A stretch of DNA of 64,000 nt from a bacterium (GCA_043803945.1 JAZDJN010000091.1:77128-141127), one strand, 5' to 3'. Positions 12,875 to 23,738 are shown, numbered from the stretch's first letter. Notes: generated by a model from the letters alone, not told the origin. A program made the numbers and translations.

Positions 12875-14152
12875 TTACTCATTTCTTTTGATAATAACGA
12901 GGGTGAGGTCATCCGAAGGAGGCTCATGGCTTACAAAACGTTCAACATCTTCCACAATCCCGCTTTTTACACGCTCAGATCCTTCACTCGCCAGGGTCTT
13001 GAGTTGTTCCATCAAACGCTCTTCCGAGTATTGATCTTTCGCCGGATTCATTGCTTCAGTTACACCGTCAGAATAGAGCACCAGAATGTCTGATGGCTCT
13101 AATTGCACTTGAAGATTTTGGTATTCGGCAAAGTCGAACATTCCCAATGGGATACCTCCACCGGCCAGCGTTTCAACCGCATGGGTTTTATACCGATAGA
13201 GATACGGATAATTATGTCCTGCATTCAGATAATTAAACATTCCCGTTTCGACATCCAAAATACCGGCAATCAATGTAATAAATCGTTCTGCTTCAGTATG
13301 CTCATAGACGAAGGTGTTCAAGCCTTTTCCAAGATTATCGAGCTCTTCGATTTGTCCCAGATAAGCATGAATGTACGCATGGACAGTAGAAACTAGTAAC
13401 GCCGCGGGGATTCCCTTTCCGGAAACATCAGCAACAAGAAATAAGCTTTTCGTCTCAGAGAGTTTGATGACATCGTAGTAATCACCACCGACCATCTTTG
13501 ACGGTTTGGTGATAGCAGCAATATCGTAGTTCGGGATTAGGGGGATTTCTTTCGGGAGAAGGCGCCGCTGAATCGATCCGGCAATTTCAATCTCACGCTC
13601 CATCTTCTTCTTCTCAACTTCTGATTCGTGCAGGCGTGCATTTTCAATCGCCAGGGCTACGTGGACCGAAAACGCTTCAAGAAAATGTTCATCCTCCCGT
13701 GTAAAGGTGCCACGGACTTTATTCAGGATTTGAAAGACCCCAATAATTTTTTCATTCCGGTCCCTCATCGGCATACACAGCATCGTCTTTGTCTGGAATC
13801 CTGACCGCAAATCGAAACCGGAATAAAAGCGTTTATCCTTCCATGCATCTTTGAGATTTACCTTCACCCCTGTCTTTCCGACGTGGCCGGCAATCCCCGT
13901 ACCAAGCGGAAGACGAATTTCTATTAACTCCCTCCCCTTGACTACTTTAGACCAGAGTTCATCCCGTTCTTCATCTACAAGATAAATAGTACCTCTCGTT
14001 GCCTTCAGATTACTGGTGGCAAGGTCAAGAATTAACGAGAGAAGTTTTTCAAGATTAAGAGTCGAATTCAGAATTCGGGAAGCATCAATGAGAGCTTCCA
14101 GCCGTTTAAGCTGCGATCTGTTCGAACGGTGTTTGGGGGATGCTGTACCCAA
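12875..14152 (-). CDS. GAF-domain PP2C/SpoIIE phosphatase (RsbU-like)
   Basis: N-terminal GAF domain. IQRRLLP, VGGDYYD, ADVSGKG, NAGH, YSDGVTEA and DDLT motifs. TTG start. Confidence 0.92.
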   Translation of the reverse strand: MGTASPKHRSNRSQLKRLEALIDASRILNSTLNLEKLLSLILDLATSNLKATRGTIYLVDEERDELWSKVVKGRELIEIRLPLGTGIAGHVGKTGVKVNLKDAWKDKRFYSGFDLRSGFQTKTMLCMPMRDRNEKIIGVFQILNKVRGTFTREDEHFLEAFSVHVALAIENARLHESEVEKKKMEREIEIAGSIQRRLLPKEIPLIPNYDIAAITKPSKMVGGDYYDVIKLSETKSLFLVADVSGKGIPAALLVSTVHAYIHAYLGQIEELDNLGKGLNTFVYEHTEAERFITLIAGILDVETGMFNYLNAGHNYPYLYRYKTHAVETLAGGGIPLGMFDFAEYQNLQVQLEPSDILVLYSDGVTEAMNPAKDQYSEERLMEQLKTLASEGSERVKSGIVEDVERFVSHEPPSDDLTLVIIKRNE

Positions 14153-14198
14153 GAGCTTGTCCTTCTACAAGTTGGGGGGAAATTCACTACGATGAAGG

Positions 14199-14227
14199 AG
14201 TATACGCTGAAGTGAAGAGATTATCAA
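14199..14227 (-). promoter_or_regulatory. Putative sigma70-type promoter of the phosphatase gene
   Basis: Minus strand TTGATA-N17-TATACT. Confidence 0.55.
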
Positions 14228-14284
14228 CTTCATTTTCGGTATTTCTCAGTAAGTGTTCAGCAAGATGGGTAATCCATTATTCTT

Positions 14285-14393
14285 ACCACTGATGGCGCAC
14301 CGATGATCACCGAGGATGATAACTGGAGTACGTCGTATATCTTAAAAATAATAAAATAATATTATCTGTGTAAATCCGTGTGCCATCGGTGGT
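14285..14393. repeat. Palindromic intergenic element, family B copy 1
   Basis: 30-bp imperfect inverted arms ACCACTGATGGCGCACCGATGATCACCGAG / ATCTGTGTAAATCCGTGTGCCATCGGTGGT around an AT-rich spacer. Homologous to 60301-60425. Confidence 0.75.
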
Positions 14394-14423
14394 GAAATTG
14401 CTGAGCAAATACGGTTTTCAAAT

Positions 14424-14449
14424 GAAAAGGCAGCCAGAGGCTGCCTTTC
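14424..14449 (-). terminator. Rho-independent terminator after the cohesin gene
   Basis: AAAGGCAGCC-TCT-GGCTGCCTTT followed by TCATTT on the minus strand. Confidence 0.8.
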
Positions 14450-14476
14450 TTCTATGCTAAAAAACCGGTACCGAAA

Positions 14477-16360
14477 TCATCTGACGAGGGTCATCTTCTT
14501 TGAAGCATGATTTTCCCCTCCACTGATGCGATAGAAATAGACGCCGCTCGGCATACTCCGCCCATCGTCATTGGTTGCATCCCAAACGATGCTATGAATC
14601 CCGGCATTCATGTGTTTTCCCACAAAAAGCGAACGCACCTTAATCCCGATCATATTGTAAATCTCAAACGTAACCGGAGCTTCCTTTGGCAATGAGAAAT
14701 AGATTGTGGTTGTCGGATTGAAAGGATTCGGGAAATTCTGTCCAAGAGAAAATTCTGTTGGTATCAATTCTTCCTTCTCTGCAACTTCCGTTAAGGTCAT
14801 ATTCCATTCGGTCGAGTCTTTTGCGCCTTTCACATCGGTGAATACACAGGTGACCTTTCGCGGCATGTTATGGGCACCGGTAAAGGTGTCAGTATAGGTG
14901 CTGTCAAGTCCACTCTTTTTCGTGACACCATCAACTTTCCATGTATAGTTAACGGTATCCTTATCGAGGTCCTGAACACTGACCGTAAATTTTATTGGGA
15001 CATTTACGGAGATCGTACCGGCATTCTGAGGAGTCCGAAGCAGCAGTGTAGGCTTCCGGTTTACATCAGTAACCGTGATGGAAACGACTGTGCTATCGCT
15101 CAATCCACCGGAGTCGGTGACCTTAAAAGAAACAGAATAGCTGCCGGCTTGTGTAAATGATGGTGTCCATGAAAAGGCTCCGTTTGACTGATTCAATGCA
15201 GCACCAGAGGGCAGATTGGAAGAGGTGTAGACAAGAAGGTCTGCATCCGCATCTGATGCAGTAACGTTGAAGGATAAAGCCTGACCTTCAGCAACACTCT
15301 TGGCTGTTATCGGAGTAATGACCGGTTTCTGGTTGACATTTGTCACGGTGATCGTAACAACAATTGAGTCGCTCAGCCCTCCTGTATCCGTTGCTTTAAA
15401 AATGATCGGATAGGCACCTGCCTGTGTGAACGAAGGAGTCCACGCAAATGCACCTGTGGTTTGATTAAGTGATGATCCCTGAGGAGAGTTTGGTGAACTG
15501 TAAGTGAGTGCGTCGCCGTCGGGATCAGTCGCACTCAATGTAAAAACCAGTAACTGTCCCTCCGAAGTGGATTGAGGGGAAACGGTATTCATTGCCGGTT
15601 TCTGGTTGACATTGCTGACCGTTATTGAAAAGGCAAGACTGTCACTGAGTCCAAGGGCATCGGTGGCTCTTATCATCACCGAGTATGAACCCGATTGAGA
15701 AAGCGTAGGAATCCAGGTAAATACTCCTGTTGTTGCATTAATCGAAGCTCCCATCGGAGGATTAGAAAGACTGAAGGTAATTGCATCAGCATCCGGATCG
15801 GTTGCGGTGACGGTGAATGAAAGCTGTTTCCCTTCATCGATTGTTTTCGCCGGTATGGGATTGAGTACTGGTTTGCGATCGACGATAATAGAGCCGCTCT
15901 TGATCGAGTAGGTCAATCCTCCTCGTAAATTGAATGAGGTAAAGGTAAGATTGGTTTTTCCCTTTGCGCGCAACTCCGCTTTTACATAAATGAGCCTTCC
16001 ACTTCCTGTAAGATCTGTTGTACCGGCAGCTGCGACTGAAAGAGTATCCGGAATTTTATCCCAGTTCGTGATGATTAATCCACCAGCTGCATCAATAACT
16101 TCGGCAAATGTCCCAGGATATTCGGTTCCGATAAGTTTCGCGATCGTTGAATCATACGCTATCCGGAAGTCAAATGATTTCACCGCTTTGCCAGTCAAAT
16201 CACCGATATATATCGGGATCTTCATGATCGTCCCAGGCGCCCCAATAGTGTCGGGGAGAGTGACCGGAATTGCCTGTCCATAGGTGAATGCCGTGATAAC
16301 TGTTGTCAGGAGTATTGTCGTAATCAGCCGTTTCATAATTTTTCCTATTAAATTTTCCAT
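14477..16360 (-). CDS. Secreted scaffold-like protein: cohesin + 3 cadherin/He_PIG-like Ig repeats + Ig + T9SS type A CTD
   Basis: Signal peptide. Cohesin-like VTLPDTIGAPGTIMKIPIYIGDLTGKAVKSFDFRIAYDS. Three ~91-aa NQKP..ATDPD.D..FSWTP..QAG repeats. CTD QNFPNPFNP..SGVYFYRI..KKMTLVR. Confidence 0.8.
   Translation of the reverse strand: MENLIGKIMKRLITTILLTTVITAFTYGQAIPVTLPDTIGAPGTIMKIPIYIGDLTGKAVKSFDFRIAYDSTIAKLIGTEYPGTFAEVIDAAGGLIITNWDKIPDTLSVAAAGTTDLTGSGRLIYVKAELRAKGKTNLTFTSFNLRGGLTYSIKSGSIIVDRKPVLNPIPAKTIDEGKQLSFTVTATDPDADAITFSLSNPPMGASINATTGVFTWIPTLSQSGSYSVMIRATDALGLSDSLAFSITVSNVNQKPAMNTVSPQSTSEGQLLVFTLSATDPDGDALTYSSPNSPQGSSLNQTTGAFAWTPSFTQAGAYPIIFKATDTGGLSDSIVVTITVTNVNQKPVITPITAKSVAEGQALSFNVTASDADADLLVYTSSNLPSGAALNQSNGAFSWTPSFTQAGSYSVSFKVTDSGGLSDSTVVSITVTDVNRKPTLLLRTPQNAGTISVNVPIKFTVSVQDLDKDTVNYTWKVDGVTKKSGLDSTYTDTFTGAHNMPRKVTCVFTDVKGAKDSTEWNMTLTEVAEKEELIPTEFSLGQNFPNPFNPTTTIYFSLPKEAPVTFEIYNMIGIKVRSLFVGKHMNAGIHSIVWDATNDDGRSMPSGVYFYRISGGENHASKKMTLVR
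15050..15880 (-). repeat. Three tandem ~273-bp Ig-domain coding repeats
   Basis: CCGGTTTCTGGTTGACATT recurs at ~15322 and ~15595, 273 bp apart. The protein repeats are visible in the translation. Confidence 0.75.
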
Positions 16361-16407
16361 GATAACCCCCTTGTTCCTATTTGCTTTCGTAATTGCTCAG
16401 TTAGTTT

Positions 16408-16512
16408 GCCACAAAGCCACTATGACACAAAGTCTTTTTAACGACATCGGAATAGTATCGAGAAAAAAAATAAATATCTTACTTTTACTTTGTGACTTTG
16501 TGCCTTGGTAGT
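16408..16512. repeat. Palindromic element with ~9-bp periodic CACAAAG arms
   Basis: GCCACAAAGCCACTATGACACAAAGT ... ACTTTGTGACTTTGTGCCTTGGTAG. Confidence 0.65.
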
Positions 16513-16646
16513 TTAGTGTTTGCCTACTTTCTAATATATAAAATTCTTCTTTCGATTTCTACTCACAACACCTGATTAAGTATATCGATATCTACCGCAT
16601 CCTATTGTATCCTTTGTCACACACATTCCATACGGTTATTCCTGGA

Positions 16647-19600
16647 TCACCGGATAAGTAGCATTCTTTTCGATGCACGATAACCAGATGTTTCAAGGCA
16701 ATAAAGATAGATACCTGAGGAGGCTGCTTCTCCCGTCTCCGTTCTTCCATCCCATTGAACTCGTTGTTCACCGGCCTCGAGTTCACTGTTTTTCAATGTC
16801 TTAATCAACCTGCCGGAAATATCAAAAATCTGCAATTTTACGTGCCCTGAGACCGGCAATTGAAATTGAATCATCGTAGAGGGATTGAATGGATTAGGGT
16901 AATTCTGCATTAGCGCAAAATGGTGGTGAATCGCCACCGCTTCATACTGAATCTTTTCGATCACACGCTCATTCAGCATAGCTTCGAATTCCAATTCTAA
17001 GGATACGGTTGGATTCAACCGTTCTAGCGTAAATTGAGCGATACTACCCTTTTCGAGCGGTGATGCACCCGCCATTACGATTGTAATCGTTTCTCCCTTT
17101 ATTTCATGGCACAACTGCCAATCTTTAGGAAGAGTTCCGGCTATTGTTCGAATCCCTACTATTGTACTATCCCAGTTCCCCTTCATTTGAACAGAATAAA
17201 TTTTTTCACCATCTGTTTGGAGTATGAGCGGTATCTCTATCAAGCTCGTCTGATTGATCCTCCGTTGAACTCCCCACCCGAGAGAACCCGTTCGTTCACC
17301 CTGCTTCATTAGTCGGGGGTGTTCAGGTGCTGGCTGAACCGGAAAAACCGAAATCACTCCGGCAACGTACTGAAGAATTAACGAAGCATCGTAAGCGGTA
17401 ATTGTCCCATCCTTTGAAACATCAGCCAGAAAGAGTGTCAGTGGACCGGACAGCAGTTGAATACCGGCTACATGTAAGAGGATAAGCGAGGCATCGTATG
17501 CGGTGATCACATCATCTCCGCTCACATCCCCGGGACGACGGTTCTGGATAATCGTCACAGATGCCGTTGTGCTATCAGATGCACTGCCATCGCTGATTCG
17601 AACCGTAATTGTATAACGACCACCTGCCTGCGATAGGAGCGGGATCCAACGAATCCGCCCCTCATTGGTCAATGAACACCCCGGCGGAGCATTCAGCAGA
17701 TTGAAGATGAGCGGATCGCCATCAGCATCGAATGCCAGGTAGGTGAACAGCAGGGAGTCTTGTCCCGCACGCAAGGTCGTATCACGCAAGATCCTCGCAA
17801 ATCTCGGTGTGCGATTAACATTTTGTACGCTGATCGCCGAGGAATTCGTAATCGTAAACTGACCATCAGAAGCGGTGACAATAATCGAATAGGAACCGGC
17901 CTGTAAAAATGTTGGTACCCATCGAAGGATTCCATTCTTTTCGTCGATGGAGACACCTGTGGGTGGATTCAGGAGTGCGTAGAGAATCTCCTCGCCATAA
18001 TCACGAGGATCAGTACTGAACTTGTAGATGAGAGTATCATTTTCTCTGATTACCGTGTCTCTCAGTGCCTGCAGAAAGAGAGGCGGCCGTGTTGGATAAC
18101 CAATAGTAAACCGCGTTCCCTCTGGAATGAGATTAGCCAATGATCCTGTCGATCGAACTATGAGCAACGTATCGCCTGTACTTGAAACCTCCAGTGCATT
18201 CCTTCCATAGCTTAATCCGGATCCCTGCAATTGCCAGGGAGTCGCTAACAGATTACTCTCCTGCCGTCGTATAAGACGCAGATCAACGATGCGGCTAAAT
18301 GCCTGATCAGATTTTATTGTCTGAACTTCGATGTCACATTGCTGAGATTGGGACAGTGTCGGCAATGTCGATTGCAACGACCAGTAGCGTAGTCCATAAC
18401 TCCCTATTCGGATACCATTGCCCGCATCAAATGGCAATCCAACTGTCCCTTCTGCAGAACCAACAACCGCCTGAACCTCAATTGTTGGATTGGCTGTTGC
18501 CGGATACGCAGCAGTAAACGTCATAATGAATGGTTGATACCCTGTAACACTGCCAACAGGAAATTCATATTTTCCATTTGCCCACTGGAGTGGATTCCCC
18601 GCACCCACGCTGATGCTCTGACGAACTCTGCCGAGAATATGGGAAACATTTGCACCAACGATCCCGGTGCGATCGAATCCCTGCTGCGAAGCCTGTTGGG
18701 AAAGTGTAATGCTGGTAGTATCGGCCCGGAGTATTCCGTTGATGAAGTAGAGGAGTGAACCGGGATCCAGTTTCAGATCGCCGCCGCTCAGGCGAAATCC
18801 CAGTCGATTGTTTAATCGAAGATGAATCGCCGATGATCCACCCGGTAACACCAAACCCTGTGAGGGAACTTGAATAAGTTGTTCCTGGTTGCCCTGCAGG
18901 TCGATCGTGGTAGCAGAACCGGTTGGGTTGATGAAACTTCCTGCCTCGATCGTTAACGTTCCCTGAATGTGTAACGGTTGAGGAGCGAATGACCCCGGCA
19001 CTCCAAGTGCTATGCCGCCTCCCGTACAATTCAAACGCAAATCGCGTACGGTGCATTCCCGATGGAGCGTTACCCTTGTCGCGTTTCCCAGTGTATCGTT
19101 TACTACCTCGAGACTGAGGATTGTTTTACCAGGACCTGATTGAAGCTCTTTGTCCGACGATGTCAGCGAGGTACCAGAGCAATACCGAAGATAATAGCGT
19201 GAGACAGTCGGAGCATCCTGTGCTCCAAACGATGATTCGAATCTTCCCCGTCCAATGCTGAGCCGGGAGTTCTCGGCAAGCGTAAGATTATTACTGCCTT
19301 CATCCAATTCTCCATCCATCAGGTACAGAGTTCCCACGATAACAACATCTTTATCGAGTGTCACATTGTCCCGATCCGCCGATTGATTCGGATTGGAAAT
19401 AACCAGATCTTTAAGGATGGAGAACGAAGCCGGCAATTCCCGTTCTGTGATGAGGTTGCCGTTGGCAGAATCAACGAGATAGAGAAGATTTATTCTGCCT
19501 TCAAAAAGTGGAGCGGTTGAGATCTTAGCATCGGTTCGCCGTCTGATGACCGTCGCATTATCGGCAAGCAGAAGCGTACCGGCGGGAACTGCCAGTATTC

Positions 19601-22600
19601 CTCGCGAGAGATCCAGAGAACGTGTAATGTTAATTTTTTGATTCAGGGCTTCCGACTTCACTCCGGCGGGATTATCTATACGGAGCTGTGAAATTCGAAA
19701 ATCCGGTCCGGGATCGATGTACTGTTGCGCGTGGCCGGCCAGAAGGAATATTCCTGTCGTCGAAGAGATGCTCCCGCCATTCCGATTAAATGCCCGTAAA
19801 CCGACTCCACTCCCCACACCATCCAGGGAGAGGTTGTTCGCTCCAAGTGAGAATTCTCCTCCGCTCTGTGTGAAAATATCAGTCACATGAAGTGTATGGA
19901 TATCTGCGGTAAGCGATTCCAACGTAAAAATGCTTTGCGGATTAATAGGATCGAGAAGCAATTCTTCGATGCTATAATCGTTGGCTACTTCAATCCCGGT
20001 ACGAAATCCAGTAAGGATAAGCCTGCCCCCTCCCACTCCTGGAGTATTATTGGAAACGATGGCGATCTTATTTCCTGCCAAAGCTCCCTTGTCAAGCAGA
20101 GCGATGGCCGAACCGGACATTGTCAGATTAAAAGCATTCAACGAGAGAGATGGAATTCCAATGGAATCCTTTGATCCGATGGTCAATCTGCCAATGATCC
20201 GGGCATCTGAACTCAATCGTGTCGGTGCCAGGATCGTAAGATTCAGCAGCGCAGTTTCCACTACATTACTGAGTTGAATGGAGGTTTGAGGTTGTGCTAT
20301 TACCAGTGAACCACCTGCAGAAAGAAAACCCTGTGTATTTGATCCTTGCGCAAATCCTCCTGCACCAGCGATAACCAGATCGTAGCTGGTGAAGTTCAAC
20401 AAACCAGAAGAAAATTCTACACCGCCCATTGCATAAACAGCACTGGCCAGGGTTAGCAGTGCACCGCCAATATTGAGCGATCCGAAAATCGTTTGTTCGC
20501 TTGCCAGCACCACCCCGCTCGCATCCCGTGAACCCATGCGGAGTACTGTGATACTGGAGGGTACTGTTCTGAAAGATCCCATGAAGCCCTGAATGTACTT
20601 GATGGAACAAATATTTTGCGAAGCGATGATAATGTTGCCCAGAAGCGCAGCATCCCGGGTGAACTCGCTGCCAAGTATATTGACCTGCGCTCCACTCACG
20701 AGGAAATAATCGCCAACATCGGCCGTAAACAACATTCCACGAATTTGATGAGTAACGTCGGAAGCGCGCAACTCAACCACGTTGCCATTGAGGCCGTTGG
20801 AGGCAAACCGGACTGCAGCCAGCGGACCGATCGAGAGTGCTCCTTGAAATACCAATCCGCTTGCCGGAAGATCCAGATAGGCAAGCGAACCCGTTGCGAG
20901 GTTTCCATCATTGTCCCGAGTATCGCTGTTGACATTCAACGTAAGCGTTCTTACAAGGCCTGGTTCGGAAAGGAATTCGCTGCCGATGGCCGCAGCCGCA
21001 CTCAGTGAACCCAGATACTCAATATCGAATGACTGTCGACCAGTATTGAACAATCCGCCCGACAGGACGATACCATTCGAGAGAGCAAGATTTCGTGTTA
21101 TACGCGCCTGGGATCCCGCTGGTTCGATGATACTGGAAGGGACATTCAAAGAACCGGTGAACAAATTCAGCACCCCGCTAAAACGAGTATGACCCAACAC
21201 GGTGACACTGTTCGTCGTTCCAACATCAATCGTCAAATTCGAACAGAGGCCATTACTTGAACTCTCCAGCACGGCATTGGCAATTGGTTGAAATCCCGGA
21301 AGCAGTGAAGCTCCTCCGAAGATTATTCCCCCGGCCGATTCTGAGGAATATTGACCGTTAATAATAGCTTTCACGCCATTGGCGTTGAGGACGATTGAGC
21401 TACCCTTGAGATGAAGTTGTGAACCGGTGCTTAGTGAAAACTGGCCGGCAACCTGAAGCGAGTGTTGTATCGTCACTGCTGAAGCGGTATTGGCTATTGC
21501 GAGATTAGTAAGCTGGAGATTTGTACCACCGTCCATAGTTTGCGGAACGGATCCCTGCAGCAACACCACGGAAGCGAGCGCCATCTGAATTGTTCCATCC
21601 AACCGGAGAAAGTTACCATCGATTCGGAGTGTACTTCCCGATGATGTTCCCAAAAGCGTCATCCCACCGGATTGTGTGTAATGAAGGGTCTTCAGTGTTA
21701 CTCCATCAGGAACTCTGAGGAGACCATTCATTATATATATTGAATCAGACACTGCGCACGGAACCTCCAATACAAGCTCTCCAGCTTGCATTGATAATCG
21801 CCCTATGTTGCAGTTCTCGGTATTACAAATTGTTACTCCGCCGTCTGAATTGAGAAAGAGGTTTGAGATTGTTCCACCATCGAGTGTCATACTCCCATCA
21901 CGATGTGCAAATATAAGTTTTCCTGATGTAGCCTGGATCGTGCTTCCTTTTGTCCGATGATTGAATATGGCAGGGCTCGTCTGATTGCCCGAACCGTCAT
22001 TCAAGAATGGAGCATCCCGAACTGGCAATACCGTAAGATCCCAGGCTCCCAGGTTGATAATCTTGCCGGGAGCATTTGTTATCGGGAGCGAAACTGTTGT
22101 CGAACCATTCAAGGAGATTACTCCACCGGCTTCTCCGGAATTCAATAATTTGCCCCGAAGAGTACCAGACACCGATATTGAACCGCTGGAAGTATTAACA
22201 ATGTGCACCGTGAACGATCTGAAACCAGAATTGGACCCTCTCGTTACTGGAGCAGATATTCCTTTCGAGAAAACCAGTGAACCTGCAAAGATGTTTTCCA
22301 TCAGTACAGAGTAATACGCATCGCCAGACGGCGCCGTGATGGATGCTGCGCTTAACTGGACGGTAGAACTAAAATTGATCGACCCGGAAGAGGTATTCCG
22401 AACAAGCGATACCCCTTGACCGCTGCCGAATGACAATTCACTGAGAGGTTTGCCAACCGCATCGGGCGAAGCAAGCCAGACCACAGGCCCGGCAAAGCGG
22501 AGTGAACCTATTCCTGTGTTCTCTATTGTAGAGATCGATGCATCACCGGCCGTTGCCAATGCTCCGGCAATGAGAAGGAGAGTATCTTTAAAACTTACCT

Positions 22601-23591
22601 CATTGGAGCTTGCATTCTGAACGTCTGCAACGGAGGCAATTGATGAGAAGGTTCCTGCAGCAATCTTCTTTTCAAAGACAACATTTCCCGAACGGACAGT
22701 GATTGCTTTCACTCCGGCCATAGGCGCTGAAGCAGTCACTGGCACAGCATTACCCGCGAAGCTCATCGCCGCAGGGAATGTAATTGTTGTCTCAGGGATT
22801 TTATCGATCACCAGGGTTCCTTTGCCATAGTCACCATAGCGCGATTCAGGCCCAGCGGTGATACTCGCAGAACCTTTATAGAGGAGGCTGAGATCAATCC
22901 CCTTTTGAGGTGCTTCAGATCCAAATCGGGCGGTTCCATTGATTTCGATTGTACTTCCACTTCGTAAACGAACCAGGGAGCTTGTGTTCAATTGAATGAT
23001 ACCGCCGCGCAAGATGATTCCTGAAGTGACGGAGCCATTCGAATGCTGCGCTGCAAGATTCAGATATTCTTCCCCTGACATTGAGGTAATTGTTAGAGTT
23101 GCAGCGGGGATATCGACAATCAGTTGTGGAATATAGGCATCGGCAGTATGATCGAGGAGAGCACCGTTTGTTGCTGTGACTGAATTCGGTTCAGCAAGTA
23201 TTTTTATTTCTTTGTTTGTTCCCAGAGAACGCAACTCGATAGTTAATCCGGTGGAAAGGTTCGGGTATTTCTGTGAGGAAATTTCGATGTCAGCATTGTC
23301 GGCTGGATTGACAGGAGAAGCATCGGTATCGACGCCATCACCGGCATAGATTCCTGCAAAGACGACAATCTTCCCATTCTGAACAACAGTTGAGAGTGCG
23401 GCTTGAAGCGTTGCTTTCGGCCCTGTGCCAGTCGGAGTATTTGTGGGATTTGTTCCGGAATTGAGATCAGAACCGTTATTCGCGTCAACGTAGACAATGG
23501 CAGTTTGAGCGGCAGCGATATTGAGCCAACAGAGTATTGCGAAAGTCAGCAAGGGGATCGCTAGTGTTCTATACTCCGGTCTGCGGCTCAT
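16647..23591 (-). CDS. Giant secreted surface protein B: beta-helix-like body + 2 Ig + dockerin + cohesin-like + T9SS CTD
   Basis: Signal peptide. VYVDANNGSD..GPKATLQAAL..VFAGIY N-terminal motif. Dockerin duplicated repeats GDVSGDDVITAYDASLIL / ADVSKDGTITAYDASLILQ (17358-17531). CTD QNYPNPFNP..SGIYLY..KRMLLIR. Confidence 0.85.
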   Translation of the reverse strand: MSRRPEYRTLAIPLLTFAILCWLNIAAAQTAIVYVDANNGSDLNSGTNPTNTPTGTGPKATLQAALSTVVQNGKIVVFAGIYAGDGVDTDASPVNPADNADIEISSQKYPNLSTGLTIELRSLGTNKEIKILAEPNSVTATNGALLDHTADAYIPQLIVDIPAATLTITSMSGEEYLNLAAQHSNGSVTSGIILRGGIIQLNTSSLVRLRSGSTIEINGTARFGSEAPQKGIDLSLLYKGSASITAGPESRYGDYGKGTLVIDKIPETTITFPAAMSFAGNAVPVTASAPMAGVKAITVRSGNVVFEKKIAAGTFSSIASVADVQNASSNEVSFKDTLLLIAGALATAGDASISTIENTGIGSLRFAGPVVWLASPDAVGKPLSELSFGSGQGVSLVRNTSSGSINFSSTVQLSAASITAPSGDAYYSVLMENIFAGSLVFSKGISAPVTRGSNSGFRSFTVHIVNTSSGSISVSGTLRGKLLNSGEAGGVISLNGSTTVSLPITNAPGKIINLGAWDLTVLPVRDAPFLNDGSGNQTSPAIFNHRTKGSTIQATSGKLIFAHRDGSMTLDGGTISNLFLNSDGGVTICNTENCNIGRLSMQAGELVLEVPCAVSDSIYIMNGLLRVPDGVTLKTLHYTQSGGMTLLGTSSGSTLRIDGNFLRLDGTIQMALASVVLLQGSVPQTMDGGTNLQLTNLAIANTASAVTIQHSLQVAGQFSLSTGSQLHLKGSSIVLNANGVKAIINGQYSSESAGGIIFGGASLLPGFQPIANAVLESSSNGLCSNLTIDVGTTNSVTVLGHTRFSGVLNLFTGSLNVPSSIIEPAGSQARITRNLALSNGIVLSGGLFNTGRQSFDIEYLGSLSAAAAIGSEFLSEPGLVRTLTLNVNSDTRDNDGNLATGSLAYLDLPASGLVFQGALSIGPLAAVRFASNGLNGNVVELRASDVTHQIRGMLFTADVGDYFLVSGAQVNILGSEFTRDAALLGNIIIASQNICSIKYIQGFMGSFRTVPSSITVLRMGSRDASGVVLASEQTIFGSLNIGGALLTLASAVYAMGGVEFSSGLLNFTSYDLVIAGAGGFAQGSNTQGFLSAGGSLVIAQPQTSIQLSNVVETALLNLTILAPTRLSSDARIIGRLTIGSKDSIGIPSLSLNAFNLTMSGSAIALLDKGALAGNKIAIVSNNTPGVGGGRLILTGFRTGIEVANDYSIEELLLDPINPQSIFTLESLTADIHTLHVTDIFTQSGGEFSLGANNLSLDGVGSGVGLRAFNRNGGSISSTTGIFLLAGHAQQYIDPGPDFRISQLRIDNPAGVKSEALNQKINITRSLDLSRGILAVPAGTLLLADNATVIRRRTDAKISTAPLFEGRINLLYLVDSANGNLITERELPASFSILKDLVISNPNQSADRDNVTLDKDVVIVGTLYLMDGELDEGSNNLTLAENSRLSIGRGRFESSFGAQDAPTVSRYYLRYCSGTSLTSSDKELQSGPGKTILSLEVVNDTLGNATRVTLHRECTVRDLRLNCTGGGIALGVPGSFAPQPLHIQGTLTIEAGSFINPTGSATTIDLQGNQEQLIQVPSQGLVLPGGSSAIHLRLNNRLGFRLSGGDLKLDPGSLLYFINGILRADTTSITLSQQASQQGFDRTGIVGANVSHILGRVRQSISVGAGNPLQWANGKYEFPVGSVTGYQPFIMTFTAAYPATANPTIEVQAVVGSAEGTVGLPFDAGNGIRIGSYGLRYWSLQSTLPTLSQSQQCDIEVQTIKSDQAFSRIVDLRLIRRQESNLLATPWQLQGSGLSYGRNALEVSSTGDTLLIVRSTGSLANLIPEGTRFTIGYPTRPPLFLQALRDTVIRENDTLIYKFSTDPRDYGEEILYALLNPPTGVSIDEKNGILRWVPTFLQAGSYSIIVTASDGQFTITNSSAISVQNVNRTPRFARILRDTTLRAGQDSLLFTYLAFDADGDPLIFNLLNAPPGCSLTNEGRIRWIPLLSQAGGRYTITVRISDGSASDSTTASVTIIQNRRPGDVSGDDVITAYDASLILLHVAGIQLLSGPLTLFLADVSKDGTITAYDASLILQYVAGVISVFPVQPAPEHPRLMKQGERTGSLGWGVQRRINQTSLIEIPLILQTDGEKIYSVQMKGNWDSTIVGIRTIAGTLPKDWQLCHEIKGETITIVMAGASPLEKGSIAQFTLERLNPTVSLELEFEAMLNERVIEKIQYEAVAIHHHFALMQNYPNPFNPSTMIQFQLPVSGHVKLQIFDISGRLIKTLKNSELEAGEQRVQWDGRTETGEAASSGIYLYCLETSGYRASKRMLLIR

Positions 23592-23676
23592 TGCAATCTC
23601 ATCGATCGAAAACGTTTAATCATTTTTTGTATTATTCAGCTTTTTTAGTAATCCTAGTACTTTCACTTATCTTTCT

Positions 23677-23738
23677 CCCCCTTTACCAAAGGGGGCCGGC
23701 CCGCTCCGCCGACGCGGGAGCGAGGCTGGAGGGGGATT
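23677..23738. repeat. REP-like hairpin with a nested GC-rich hairpin
   Basis: CCCCCTTT-ACC-AAAGGGGG, then CGCTCC..GGAGCG, then AGGGGGATT. Confidence 0.6.
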
